Both the position numbers and the translations under genes were made by a program. From assembly GCA_040954595.2 (NCBI GenBank), contig CM082582.2, positions 6,698,063 through 6,762,062 of the forward strand: 64,000 bases of DNA. The letters run 5' to 3'. Below are positions 35,298 to 49,100 of this stretch, one piece after another (the first letter of the stretch is position 1; each line of letters begins with the position of its first letter). Under the pieces are notes generated by a model that saw nothing but the letters and a program-made list of their open reading frames with translations, was not told where the DNA came from and did not search any database. Source of the stretch: Balanoglossus misakiensis (lineage: Eukaryota > Animalia > Hemichordata).

Positions 35298-38200
35298 CAC
35301 ACACACATACACACACATGCACACACATATACATGTAGACAGGCAGCGACAACCAAATGCGAGAGAAAAATGAGAGGAAAAAACGAAACTCACTTGGCTA
35401 ATGACTGGTCAAACAATCCCAAGAACTGCTTGAGTGACGTCTGATACATACAGTTCACTAAACTCATCTCAACAATCAGGAAATACAGAATACTGGCCCT
35501 GGTGGCGACAGGACGGAACTCCTCTCTGGCTGCGTTGATCTTAACCTCTGTTTCGGCGGCTGTCTGCAGTTTCTGGCTGACATCTTCGGCTGTTGATTTG
35601 GTTATACTGAGTACGGTGATCAGGGACTCATCGTCTACCAGGGAACCCTGAGGATTTTAATAATTCAGGTTTTATGTTAATTGCTATAGATTCCATCATA
35701 TATGAGTCATCTCTCTCACTTCTGGAAGTCCATCACTGTTTCTAGCTGTTATTCAACTCTCAATAATATGACAAACAATGTGAAGTTGTAAGCTACTCAG
35801 ATTTTCTAAACTCTGGAATTGAAATTGTTGCAATATAGCATTTAAGCTCGTTTCACACAATTCCACTAGAGAAATACTTCTATTGATATCAGTGTGCAAA
35901 GTTCTGTGGCCAAAACATTTTTCATTTTTATTATTTACCTGTGTATTTGTGAGTCTGTACAAGAGATTGTCTTCAAGTTCCTTCATCTTTCGCTTGTTGG
36001 CCGTCACATCCTCAATCAGTTTCGTTCTCTCTGATTCTAATTCCTGTAAAATACACAAAACAAATTTTGTTTAGTCTGGAGTAAAATTCAGTTGTCTACA
36101 ATAAAATTGCTGGTAATGCATATATTAGCTGTGGTCATAACATGAAGGGAGTGGAACAAGTAACTGCAGGTGACACATAGAGCAAAACTACGGAAACTAC
36201 TATCAAAAGTTGCAGCTATCTACACATAGTAAATCACACATCGACGTGAACAGAAAAGTTGGAAATGATCACATACACTCTTCTCTGTGAGGATGACTCT
36301 TCCCAGCAACTGGTCTTCCAATCCTTTGATGGTGACGGTGAAGTCGATGATGGACGTCTTGGCGCTGATCTCAGGCGTGTACGACGGATTGGCCAGCTTT
36401 GTGGTGATGTACAGGCAGAATCCATCCATCACGTCGCATTCCTTGTCACCTACTTTCACCTATGGAGAAACGGGACAATGTTATTGGTCCATAATTTCTG
36501 TGAAAAACTTGTCTGGACGATTTTATAGAAATATCATCAAAAATTGTTAAAATCATAATTCTTTAGAATGTACCTTCAACGTGCTACCAGTCTTGATGAA
36601 GTTCTTCTCCAAGACGTTGTCAAGAGCCGGGTCCAGTTCCTCAGCCACGTCTTCGATCATGAGCGGTCTCCCGAGTGACAAGCTGTCTTCCAGATGCGTC
36701 CTGAAGTACTTGTGGTTCAAGTGGGTCATCTGTTCGCAGGGAGAACACAAAGTGTCAGAATCTTGAACCCTTGACCCTTCAACTTTGACCTCTACACCAT
36801 TCCCACATCCATACATATAACCGTAGATAGCACTTGGCGATATTTTTGCATCAGCTCTTTATCATGTTGTCAATATATGCAGAATTTTGTGATTTTTTTA
36901 ATTGAAAAAAAAAATTAATATAAACCTCTATAATACGACATGAAATATCTCTCACCTGTAATTCATTGTGTGCTTCCCTGGCTTTGATCCAAGTCTTTCC
37001 CTGAATCTGTGGATCAATGAGCAGAGGGTACCTGGAAGCTTTGGTCACGATGATACCGTTCTGGATGGACAGCTCGTCGTTGGGAAGGCCTTGCAGATTC
37101 CATTCACTGATCTGGAATAAAAGAAAGAAAAGAAGGTTTAATGTCATTCTGATTTTAACAGTCTTTCACAGACAAGCCCACAGGTTTTACTAAAATTGAT
37201 CTTGGATAATGTCAGCAATTTTTATGTACCGGTAAATCACAAGAAGTCATGACCATTTAAAGGCAAGTCTTGAAAAACATAAAGGCGAGTTTAGCATGAA
37301 AGACAAGACTAATAGAATCTCACACTCCCAAGGACCTGGGATCATATTTCTCACACGAGTCGGGGATTTTCTGTCCCACACGAGCCGCAGGCGAGTATGG
37401 GACAGAATATCCCCGACTCGTGTGAGAAATATGATCCCAGGTCCTTGGTGTGTGAGATTATTTTTCTCACACGGCCACAAATTAGCCAAAATCGTTAAAA
37501 ACATTGAATAAATGACTCTGGAACTGTCGTCTGGGGGCACGTTGTAGTTCTGTGCCTGTAATACACATCGCGCCATTGGATAACATTTAGCGCGCGTAGT
37601 GAAAGAACGCTTTGTCAACCAATCAGCGCTCGCGTCATATACAGCTTTCGATTCAGTGAGAGTGTGAGAACAATTTGTTCTCACACTCTGTTCTCACACT
37701 CCCAGCATGCCAGGAGTGTGAGAAAAGGAGGTCCCATGTGTATACTCACTGTAGGGTTGTCCACCAACATACTGATCAGATTCAGATCGGCAGAGTACGG
37801 GATTTTCCTCGTCTTCAGCTCCTTCTGCCACATCTTGATCAATTTCGCTCGGAACTCCTGGTTGAAGGGACCGGAGTAGGAGAGAAATCCCGTGCCCGAC
37901 AGCACGTCTCCAACAAGTCTGGAATGACGCAAAAATTCATGCAGTATTAAAACGGGTTATCGATCCTGATTCATGTGGCACCCCTTAGAGTTGGTTTCTT
38001 TCCACTGTCATGATGGACACCCGTAAGCGTTAATCTAAGACTGCGTGTGCAGACCGACAACAAAATATCAACTTCAAATATCAGAAAAGTGGTTTAAAAA
38101 ATTAAATTTATTCTCTATAATTACTTGCAAATAAAACCAGTAAATTCAGTATGCATGTGTACATGTATGAGCATGAATTCCCAAGATGAATTACATACAG

Positions 38201-41200
38201 ATATATAGTTTGCTATGAATAGGATACACTTGGACCATCAGGGAAATTCAGTATGAAACTTCGTCACTACAAACACATGATTTTTCCTTTTGTTGAAGAC
38301 AACAGTGGAGTATATGTATTTGTTATATTTGTTATGTTACCTTCCAATCTGGGCCTTGAATTCTTTACTCTGTTCCGTCCATCTCTCCTTCTCTCCTCCC
38401 AGTCCGTTGATCAGTGCCGAGGCGGCTTCCATCTTGCGGCGACAAGTTGCAGCATCGTCCAACAAGGTCTGTTTCTCTCTCATGGCCGCATCATACTGCG
38501 CCTGCACCACGTCCAACTCCTTCTGCTTGGCGTCCAGCTGCTCCTGGGCCGAGGCCAAGTCGCCCATGGCGATGTTCAGCCGGGCCTCCTGCACCGTCAA
38601 GTTGGCTTTGAGGGGCAACACTTCCCGGTTGATTCCGTAGAAGACGGACATCGATCTGGTCCACGAGCACAAACCGGCGACGTCACCACAAGTCTGAAGT
38701 GACGAATAAAAAAATAACAGGAATGAGTCATACATTCTCCTTCTGTGGAGTGTGACACGAGTACATGACGCATTGCTTTATTTTGCCAACAGAACATGTT
38801 TGGTGTAAGGTAATAACTAGACAAACAGTGCATAGTAGACTAGTACATGTGCGGTAAATGGCCCAGCAGGTTTTAATACATGTATCATCTACTACCGTAC
38901 TTTCCATACACACCACATGCAGACAATGCACTGAGTTCTACCTCCTAATGGGAGTGGAATGTTCCATCTCACCTTTTTGGCATTCTCCAGGGTGTAATCT
39001 TCCATTTCCAGATAGGGGGCCATCAGCTCCACGGTCTCAGCGTTGATGCTGTCCTTCGGAAAGTTCAGGAGACCATTCAGAAATCCAGCGCCGCCCATGA
39101 ACTGGTGATTAGAAGAGTGACAAGACAGAGAGACATGTTATAGGGATGGTCAGTGTATGGTCCTTTTCTTTACAACGGCTTGCTTCAATCTCACTGTTTT
39201 CCTATTCTATGGTTGAACACACAGACAGCATGGTACTTAGCACAATTCTTCTTGTTACATCTTGGCCAAATCTGGTGCATCTTTTTTGCTTGGAATTTGA
39301 AGAACCACTCACCTTGAGGGATTCGCCCCACGACGGCTTGATGCATGGCTTCTCGGGATCCATCTGCACCGTGTCGAGTCTTCGCTGGAAGAGGATCAGC
39401 ACGCAGTCCATGATGCGCATAATGAGATGTGGCGGCTTGCCCAGTTTTCGCACTGTGGCAATGTGAGTGGGCTTGATGGTGTTCAGGGCAGCCTCAGCCT
39501 CTTCCAAGGCGGGTCTGGCTGCTTCCAATTTCTCCTCAGCTGCTGCTTTATCAACCTACAGAATAAAACATGTCATGATCTGGTCAGAGGCTAAAGGTTA
39601 CATCTGAAACATGCTTTATCAACCAGTGAACCCCCCTGAGGGTCTCGTATAGGCCCTACTGAGTAACACACACTTGGCAACCCAACAGGCCAGGGTGTCA
39701 GGATTCTAGGCACCCTGGAAATCAAACCAGCTTCACACGACTTGACTGCGTTAGGGTTAAACATGGTTTATCCCTTTAGTCAAAACTGTAGAATATACCT
39801 GCAGGCATTCCAGAGTTTCAAATTTGCACTTTGCATGAAGAATTTTACATCTTATAAGCACAAAAAGATGTATTACTCACAGCAATGTCATCTACGATGG
39901 CCTGGGCTTTGTCCTTGACCTTCTGGACCTGCGCTTTGACCTTCTCTGCGGCCTGTGCCTTCACCGTCACTTGAGCCAACACCTGGGGAGAAGAAGAAAT
40001 CCACAAAAACTCTTTGTTAGCTTCCTGTCAGACTTTCACTGAGCACTACACGATGGAATGGAGTGTAAGCAAGAGTTGGGGCCATACTCAATCAGCATAT
40101 AGCTATTTTTTTTCAAGTTTAGTGCTGTAATATATTCTATAGAACTCGTAAGTGAAAATTTACAAAAAGGCAATAAAACAAATGAACAAACAAACAAACA
40201 AACAAATGAATGAATGAATGTCTTTCTTGACACATACAAACTGTTTCAATAAAGAACACATGAGAGTTTATTTTACTCATAAGTGTTGTATTTATTAAAG
40301 TAAGAGTGAAAGTGTAAACTATTTTTTCCCCTAATGAAACATGACATGGCCTATTGGTGATGGAGAAAATGCCATCGTGAATGACTGAATATTAAATATT
40401 GATCTGAGTGGACCGACCTCTTCAGCTTTCTTGGAGGCCACCTCCAGTTCCTTCTCCTTCTCCACCAGTTCCACGCTCAGCTGATTCACGGAATGCGAGG
40501 CTTCCACCAGCTTGTCCAGACCGGTGTTCATCCTCTGCGCCAGCTCGCCGATCTCGTCGTGCTTGATGGTGTAGATCTGCTTGTATCCGTTGATGAAGGA
40601 CAGGTAGGATTTGGGAGTTACGTGAGTTGAACGACGGAATCTGTGGAAAGCAATGGGCAGAACATTCCGTTAAGGGTACAAAACAGTTACAGATGGCAGT
40701 GCAATTCTTAATTCACACACCTTACAAAGCTGACTGTTTATTTGTACATAAAAGTATATTATTTTAAGTGTACTGTTAATTGTCAAAGCTGTATGATTTT
40801 CTGTACAATTTATCCTAGTATAAATATTACAGATCCTTAGACATTTACATGTACATGTATAGTAAATCATATACGGATATGGTTACATCTCAAATATAAT
40901 CTTCGAACAGGTCAACTTTTGACTTAGCCATGCACGAAAACAACTTGTGAAAATAAAAATTAAGACCCACCTCTCGAAGTATTCCACACAAGTTTCAGCC
41001 ACTCCATCGTGGATGGTCCCCATGGCCTGAACCAGCTGTTTCTTCACATCTTCAGAGCACACAATGTTGTAGGAGGCCAAGAAGTGCTGAGCGACGGCGA
41101 TCAGCGCATCCTTGGGCCAGCGACTGAACCAGTCCATCGTGCAGCCGGAAATCAATCCAGGGAACTTCAGCGCTCTGTTGCGGAATTTCTCACCCACCTT

Positions 41201-44200
41201 AAATGATTGTGAAATAAAGAACTTGTTAATGCCTATGCAGATTTTGTGTCATATTTGTGTGTGTGTCTCTGGAAAACTACCAGGATGTATGACCTTTGCA
41301 TGACCTGAGCATCATCGGTCAACTTCATTCCACCATAGACCCTCGAGTTTTTCTCGAGGGTCTATGATTCCACCAGTAATTTTCCACTTTTTTTCTTCAC
41401 ATGTAAGCGAAATCTCTATAAATCTCTATACTACAGTTAGCAAATTACCAACAGGAACTTTGAAAATATCACTTAAAAAAGACAAAGACTTAAAAGCCTT
41501 ACCGGTGAAAATCCGAGCACAACGTGAAGATTCTGTCGTGCTCTGGTGATGAAATAATCATAGAGGTTTTCGTTGGTTGGTGGTCGTCTTGGAAACTCCT
41601 TCTTCATGACTGGGATCAGCTCACCCATGATTTCGTCCATTTCGTCACGGGCAAACAAGTTAGACAACTGATAAATAACGAAAGAAAACAAAATCAGTAT
41701 TAAACTGCAGGTCTTTATCACAATGTCACTATACCACTTGCTAGGCATACTCCAATTGCATATTTCCAAAAAAATTGAGTTGACTCACCTCTCCTGATGA
41801 GAGCACATTGTTCAGATATTCTAAGAATGACTCCTCCTTGATATCGTTGTCTGTGAAGATGAAGGTCACGCCTTGACCTTGTTGACCTGCCATCTTGTAC
41901 AGAATCTTCAAGTCGTCCATCAAGTTCGAGGCATTGTATGACCTGTCAGATTTTGGAAGACAATGTTGAGGTCAATCTTATAGTTATATTAATAAAATAA
42001 ATAACAGAAGTTCATTCAATATATACAAAAATAAATTATTATTTACTGCTTTCTTTCCCCTTCATAAGTAGACTGATACACCAGGAGAAATGAAGCGGGC
42101 CCCGTCCCCTGAGATTATGAAGACTCAGTTTCTCACCTTGTCAGTGTAATCTGGAAGGTTTTGTACCCAGCTATGTAGGAGGCCAGCTTCGTCAAACTCT
42201 GTTTACCAGATCCGCCAACACCAACCAACAGGGCGTTTCCACGCGGAGTTCGGATAATTCTTGAAATCTACATTAAGTCAAGAGAAATGCATGTCAACAA
42301 TGTAGTTTGGCCCACTAGTGTAATGCTCAACCTGTCCAGCTTATTTGGTAAAACGTATTTTCTGTGGTTAATATAAACATAAGTACCTTTAGCAGTGAAG
42401 ATAGACATTCAACTCACCTTGACTAAATGGGTCATGGCATCATTGAAGAATACCAGGTCCATACCAGCCCCGCGAATACTTTCATTGTGATGCTGCATGT
42501 ACATCTGTAGTTTCTCTTTCAGCTCATCAAATGATGCAATCTAAAAAAAAAACATAATATGTCATTTTAGTACATTTTTTACGGTACATATCAGAAAACA
42601 ATGTTTAAGTATGAACATGACCATAAACATGGTAAGTTTTTGAGCACTGATGACTGAAAATTCAGCTAGTTTCAGCACCAAATTAACTCACATTATCAAA
42701 ACAATACCAAAATCAGAATTGATAAGATATCAAGTTGCTGAATAGGAGAGATTGTGAATAACAAATTCACTGTATTGACTAGATATTTCTGTTGTTTAGG
42801 ATGTTGAGAAGCACAGAGCCAGAAGACTATCCTTACCGGTTCATAAATCTTTGGTGCATCAAAGTCCATGTCTTCTGGTTCATCACCCGTTGCTTCAGGA
42901 GCCTCCCTGAGAATCAAAGACCAGAACTTTCAGTTAGGCACACATAAGTATAAGAAAAAGATTTGCAGCTTTCTTTTGCAATTAATTGATTCAAAATGAA
43001 GGTTCTCCAACACATAGGGTATATATGTAGTTTACAAACATTTCCAGCCCATATTCATTCATAAGCAAATATATGCATAATTATGCCAATAGATTATGCA
43101 TATGAAAATGCATATGCAAATATACATCATATTTATGCAAATGGTTATGCATATTCATAATTTTATGCAAATACAGTCAAACCTGTCTATAGTGACCAGT
43201 CAAGGGACTTTACCAAACTGGCCTTTATAGACAGGTGGTCTTTATAGACAGGTTAATTTATACACATGTAAATTGTACAGGGACTGTAACTAAGTGGCCA
43301 CTATATAGAGGTGGTCACTATATAGAGGTGGTCACTAACACAGGTTTGACTGTAACAGAAAGTACGCTATATGAGCAGATTTTCCTTTTACCTGAGGAAG
43401 TCAACGAAGTAGTGATCGTGATCCAGATGGGAGCGTATCTCCTCGCCGAGCTCCTCCTCGATGACTCGGTTCATGGTCTTGGCGAACCAGTCGCAGTCGG
43501 GCTTGTTGGTGAAGCGGTCGGCGATGACGCGGGTGCACTCGTGCTTCCAGAGCCCCATCACCACGCCGTGGCTGTTGACCACCTCCGACAGGGTGTTGAT
43601 CATGCCCTGCCAGATGCGCGACAAGTCTCTCAGGTTGAAGACGTAGTGGAACTTGGCCGGGGTGGGCAGCATCTTGATCTGCAAGGAACGGGAAATATAA
43701 TATAACACATGGAAATTACACACATACATGCATGAGATGTGACATTTTTCTGAACAAATTAGACATACAGTAAAACCTGTCATTACGGACACCTCTCTAA
43801 TCAGGACACCTCACTATTATGGACAGATTTTTCTCCTAATTTGAAACTGACCTTTGTAAGCTGCCAAAGTCGGCGTGTGATGTGAACAAGTTTTGACACA
43901 AGTTCCATAACTTCTTCTGAGAATCCTCTCTCCTTGCAATAGTGGCCGGTCCCAATCACACCTGTCAATCAACAAAGAAGTACATGCTAAATCAGAAAAT
44001 CTCCACGGTACGCAAGTATAAATCTTTGAAATGCTGTTTGCATTCAAAGGATGTAACTTGACTGAAGTGAGACCGATGTCTCTCACTCACCGAAGATCTT
44101 GTCAATAGATGCATTTGACGGAAGAGTGCAGTTGAAGATGGTGAACTGTCTCTTGAGACGCTGGGGGATGTCGTTACGTCCACCACCCGGCTGGATCATG

Positions 44201-46049
44201 GCCGCCATCATCTGAATGTCTGCGATGATGGTGAAGTCACCAGGTTTGTCCAGGTTGTAGAAACCTCTCATTTCCATCATTTGGCGCACAATTTCGTTGG
44301 TGATCTAGGAATCCAAGAAGTATAGTGTGTGTTTTATTATATAAAAATATATGTAAAACAACAGAAATCAATATTTATGATCAGTATTGTATTTTTGCAG
44401 AGTAATGAATACAACAACTCTTGAGCAAGCTTGAATATCATGGTTCAAATCACTCTGTGGATTCATATAGCACAGGACAGTCACAACACGAATCTTGAAA
44501 ATTTCATCACACATTTCAAAAATCTCTAGTTCACACTAAAATGTCTCGTGTCTCCTGAACTTTGCACACAAATTCATTACATTCACAAAACTCACCTGGT
44601 CTCCCCATTCATTGATGACTGGCATGTTGATGTCGTCCACAAATGCCGTCATTTTCTTACCGGCCGGTGGACCGTAGGTGTTACCCATGCGCTTGTCAAC
44701 ATAGCTTTCGATGGTGCGCTGTAAACGTGAAATGAAAAAAATGTACACCCTGGGGTTAAAAATGAGAAAATGTTTCAGGAAAAACAACTGAAATCTCTGG
44801 CTCATCACTCTTTCAGACCAACTGCAAAGCGTTCATGCTTGTCTCATTGACATACATGTACACTGGTTCCACAGTCACACTGATATCAGTGAACACAACA
44901 ATATCAACTGTAACTGTGTATATGTACGGTACATGTATCTGAAATTGCAGTCTTATGCTGTAGATCATAGGTGCATGTTGTATGTGTGTAAATGACTTTG
45001 CTGATTTCCTCTTATATAGCTCACACATTCTGCATCTACATTATCTGCGCAAGCTACCTCTCTCGGTACACAACAGCAAAGCTTATGAGAATTATTTTAA
45101 ACTTAAAAAAAAACCTCTGACATCTCGATATTTTATTTTGAAAGAATCACAAGAGATCTTACCTGGAACATCATGGGAGTGGTAGCAGAGGAGAAGTTGA
45201 AACTCTTGGCCATGTGTTCTTCAGGATTGTATTTGTTGAGGTAACCTTTGATCATGACTGTCTTGGCAGTACCTTGCTCACCAATCAGCAACACAGCCTA
45301 GTCAATACAAAAAGCACCGAATCATCAATAAACTATACAACTACAGGTAGTTTTTTGCTGGTTTTTTTCTGACAATTCTTGGCGAAACACAGCATTAAAA
45401 ATTGGTGAAAATTTGCTTTCAAGTTTGGATGTGTGACAACAAATCTATTTTTAGAATCCATATTTAGTGTGGAAGAGAGAAATATGGTTGACACTGTGGA
45501 CACTAGTCGCAATGACATCCTCCACTTGAAAAAAAACACCATCCAAAAAACATCCACTGCCAAACAAAGCAGTCCAGCTACCTGTACCTCACAGTACACG
45601 AGTCATCCGACTGAATAATTCCATGCCTCTCACCTTGGATTGCTTGGCGACTGTGTGGATCAGGAAATCTGTCCTGACGTTATCAACGTTGGGTACCAGG
45701 ATGGATCCGTATTCCGGTGTCGAATCCGAGGGATAATGCCAATCCGCCACTTTGGTGTCCCAGTGTTGCCACTTGCCTGGGGGGGGGGGGGAGGGTAAGA
45801 AAAAATGCAGATGAAGAAACTTTTGTGTTTAAATATCTCTTTCTCGGATACTTGTTTCAAATCAAGTTCTTGGTTTTTCTCTTCAAATCTGGAAGTTCAC
45901 ACTGCCAAAGTCTGGACCAAACTAATGTGGCAAAAGGGTCGATGGACTGGAAACCTAGCATGGAAGATGCACTACTTTTTCATGAGGCAATGGACTGTAT
46001 AAGCATCTGTTGACGTCTACCATGAATAGCATTTGAAACCACATAGTGC

Positions 46050-46102
<53 letters not shown>

Positions 46103-49100
46103 CCAACCAACCAACCAACCAACCAACCAATCAATCAATCAAGTAACCATAGAGCTGTGGCTCTATAGTCACAGTGAAATTTTTCAGACGAGATATAATA
46201 TTGAGAATTGTACTCACCATCGGAATCCACATAGAAATCAAAAATGGTGTCCTCCGAATCGGACGGGATGTCGGGCAGGTCAAGGGTGAACTCCTCGTTG
46301 TTCCTCATGAACTCGGCCAGCTTGGCTCTGTCCTCCAGCTCCAAGTAGGCGCCGATACTCCACATGACGATGAAGATGTAGATCTTGCCGAGGAAATCGG
46401 CGGTGATGCTGCTGTCCTTGTCATCCTTGTTGATCAGGCCGGTCATCAAGGTGATTGCCTAGACAGGGGAGATAATCCATTAACAGGGTTGATATTGGGA
46501 CATTTATGTGTACTACTGTTGAGCACACAGTGAATGTCTATCCTCACAGCCCAAAGGGACAAAGTCTCTCTCTCTCGCTGCCCTTCATCCATTAATTATG
46601 TTTGATACAAGACACCATTCATGTTATTCTACATGTGGATATATACTAGTGAATCAAGGTTTGACCACACACAACTTCCATCCCACTTGTAGACACGAGA
46701 ATGAAAAACTCTCCAAAATGAATAATCGGCCTTTACTGTTAATTCATTATGGCGAGATTTTTGCTCTCATATCCTACAACACCAGAAACTCAACAAAAAG
46801 GTCCAGATGCGACACTACACTTGGAATCAATTTTAAGAAGAACAAACTCTCCCTCTGTTAAGTAGAAAGGACCAGAACATACCTGCTGGATAATGAAGGC
46901 TTCCAGGATATCCATTTTGAACTCCAAATTCTGCACGGCGTATCTCAGAATCAGGGCAAAGGAGCTGTCGAACAGACTTTCCAAAATGGCCGATTCCCTT
47001 GGACTACGCTTGTGTAACCAACCCTGCATGAAAAACATTATTTTACACATAAATGGCCATTTCTATTGTCAACTATTCTGAACTTTTTGATATCACTGGC
47101 CTAACACACCTGTATAGAACACAAGTTTGTTTCTGTTTTAATAGGAAAACGCATTTTTATAATGATTTCTGATTTGTAACACTGGACGCACTTTGAATTT
47201 GTTAAAAGTTTACATATGAGTGAGTTTATACACAATCCAGGAAAAGACAGAAAAAGACTAATTCTTACCCCTAAAATTGGTTTCCAACCCAAACCAGATG
47301 AGCTCATGTACACCATACCGTTACGTGACACAGTGGCAGGGGACGCGTTGTCGATGTTGTGCACTTCGAAAATGATCTTGCAGAGGGGCGCCATGGGGAT
47401 ACGGTCCCCGTTGGCCAGGGTCAAGGTCTTGTTGTCGTCCAACACACTGTTCAAGTTCTCAATCCATATGGCGTCCACCGGGCCGTCCAGAACAAGCCAG
47501 ATGTGTTCACCTGAAATCGTGAGAGAAATTTTTTTCCTTAGAAAGGTGTGACACTGCACTGGATATGTGCATAGCAATATGGTTAAGCTGATGGACACAG
47601 TGAAAACGTGTACTGACTCCAGTTGTCAGAAAAGAAATTCTGGACCCATATCTTGCATTTTCCCCTAACTGTACTAAAGCTGGATACATGTCTATAACTA
47701 CAAATACAATTCCCTGAAGGCATGGTTGGTGTGCCTGGGCCAGACTGGTTGCTCTTGTCGATTCAGTATTTAGGCCGTTGGTGGCGCTAGCAGGCTCCGT
47801 ATATGTCCACAAATGGCGTGCTCATGCCAGACGCACGTTCCATTCTGTCTGAAGAGCCCGCTTACCTTTTTTACTTCTGAGAGTCTTCCTCCAGAGGGTG
47901 GAGAAGATACCGTCCGTCCAGTCGTTGGTGGCCACGTCCAGTCGGCCGAACATCTGCGGCGCCGTGATGGCCTTGGGGTTCATCCTCATCTCTCTGTGCG
48001 GCTCACCGTTGTCGGTCATCGCCTTCATCAGCGACTGGATGCAGCAGGTCTTGCCGGCTCCGCTGGGGCCCAGGGTCATCATGCCGTGGCGCACACGCTG
48101 TGTCTCAAACAGCTGTAAAATTAAGCAGAAATGTGCAGAGTGAATTGTGAATTCCATATGATGGGGTCAAATTCTCAACTTGCAGATCTTCTCAACTCCA
48201 ACCCAGAGGATGACACACGCATTAGTTTTATATGTATAAAGTGAAACACATTGCAGAGAAAGAATGTCACCCTTCCAATACTTCCATTCCGTTCACCGGA
48301 ATGGTTTGATCCAATGTGGTTGTTTTCTGTGGATATATTGGACCTATATACAGGTAGGTAGGTAGGTAGGTAGGTAGGTAGAGGTGCAAAAAAGAGCATA
48401 GCAGCTTATAGCAATTTATCAAATCTCACCTGAATAAGTTTGAGTTTCCACGACGGATGGTTGACAAGGCCAGCTTCTTCCACTCGGTGGATGATGGCCG
48501 CCTCCAGTTCTGGGTAACCTGCCTTGTCCAGTGTGATGCCGGGGAACAGATCGCTGATCAGTGACAAGAATAGGGGTTCATCTTCATCAACCTACGGAGA
48601 TAAATCAAATTTAATTTAGTGTAATCACAGACTTTGTTAATACACTATGTCTACAGCGTATACAAATCAGACTCGTATAAAAAGCACTGAGAGCAACATC
48701 TTGATAACAGAAATTCTGGAAAGGCGAAACAACTTGAAGGCTCATCACATTCAATTTTGAACGATTCATAATCTCACAGATGCTGGTACAGTCACTTCAT
48801 ACTGATAGACATGCACTCAGGAGGACCAGCACAGATACATGTACCTGTATATCACAACAGACTGACAGACAGACAGACACACATGTGTACACACACACAC
48901 ATACATACACATACATACATACATACATACATACATACATACATACATACATACATACACACACACAGACATATCAGTTCCACCTACCAGTTTTGACAGA
49001 TTCATATCTCTCAACACCCTCATGACAATCGTACTCTCACTGTCGGTGGGGTTGGCTCGCTTGTTGGCTCCCAGTGTTCTCAAACACGACAGGATGTTAC

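Noticed and set aside
35072-35444. ORFs with CMYV or HTYI repeats (also near 48780-49025, and poly-Ile at 24295)
   Set aside because: Translations of microsatellites.
39749-39760. TAACCCTAAC on the minus strand as a telomerase RNA template inside a dynein intron
   Set aside because: I could not see a pseudoknot, CR4/5 or H/ACA domain, and GGGTTAA is also the common end of the TTAA MITEs in this window.
41198-41200. AAG acceptors in dynein (also near 60730) as non-canonical splicing
   Set aside because: These are still GT-AG introns; AAG is an uncommon but normal acceptor.
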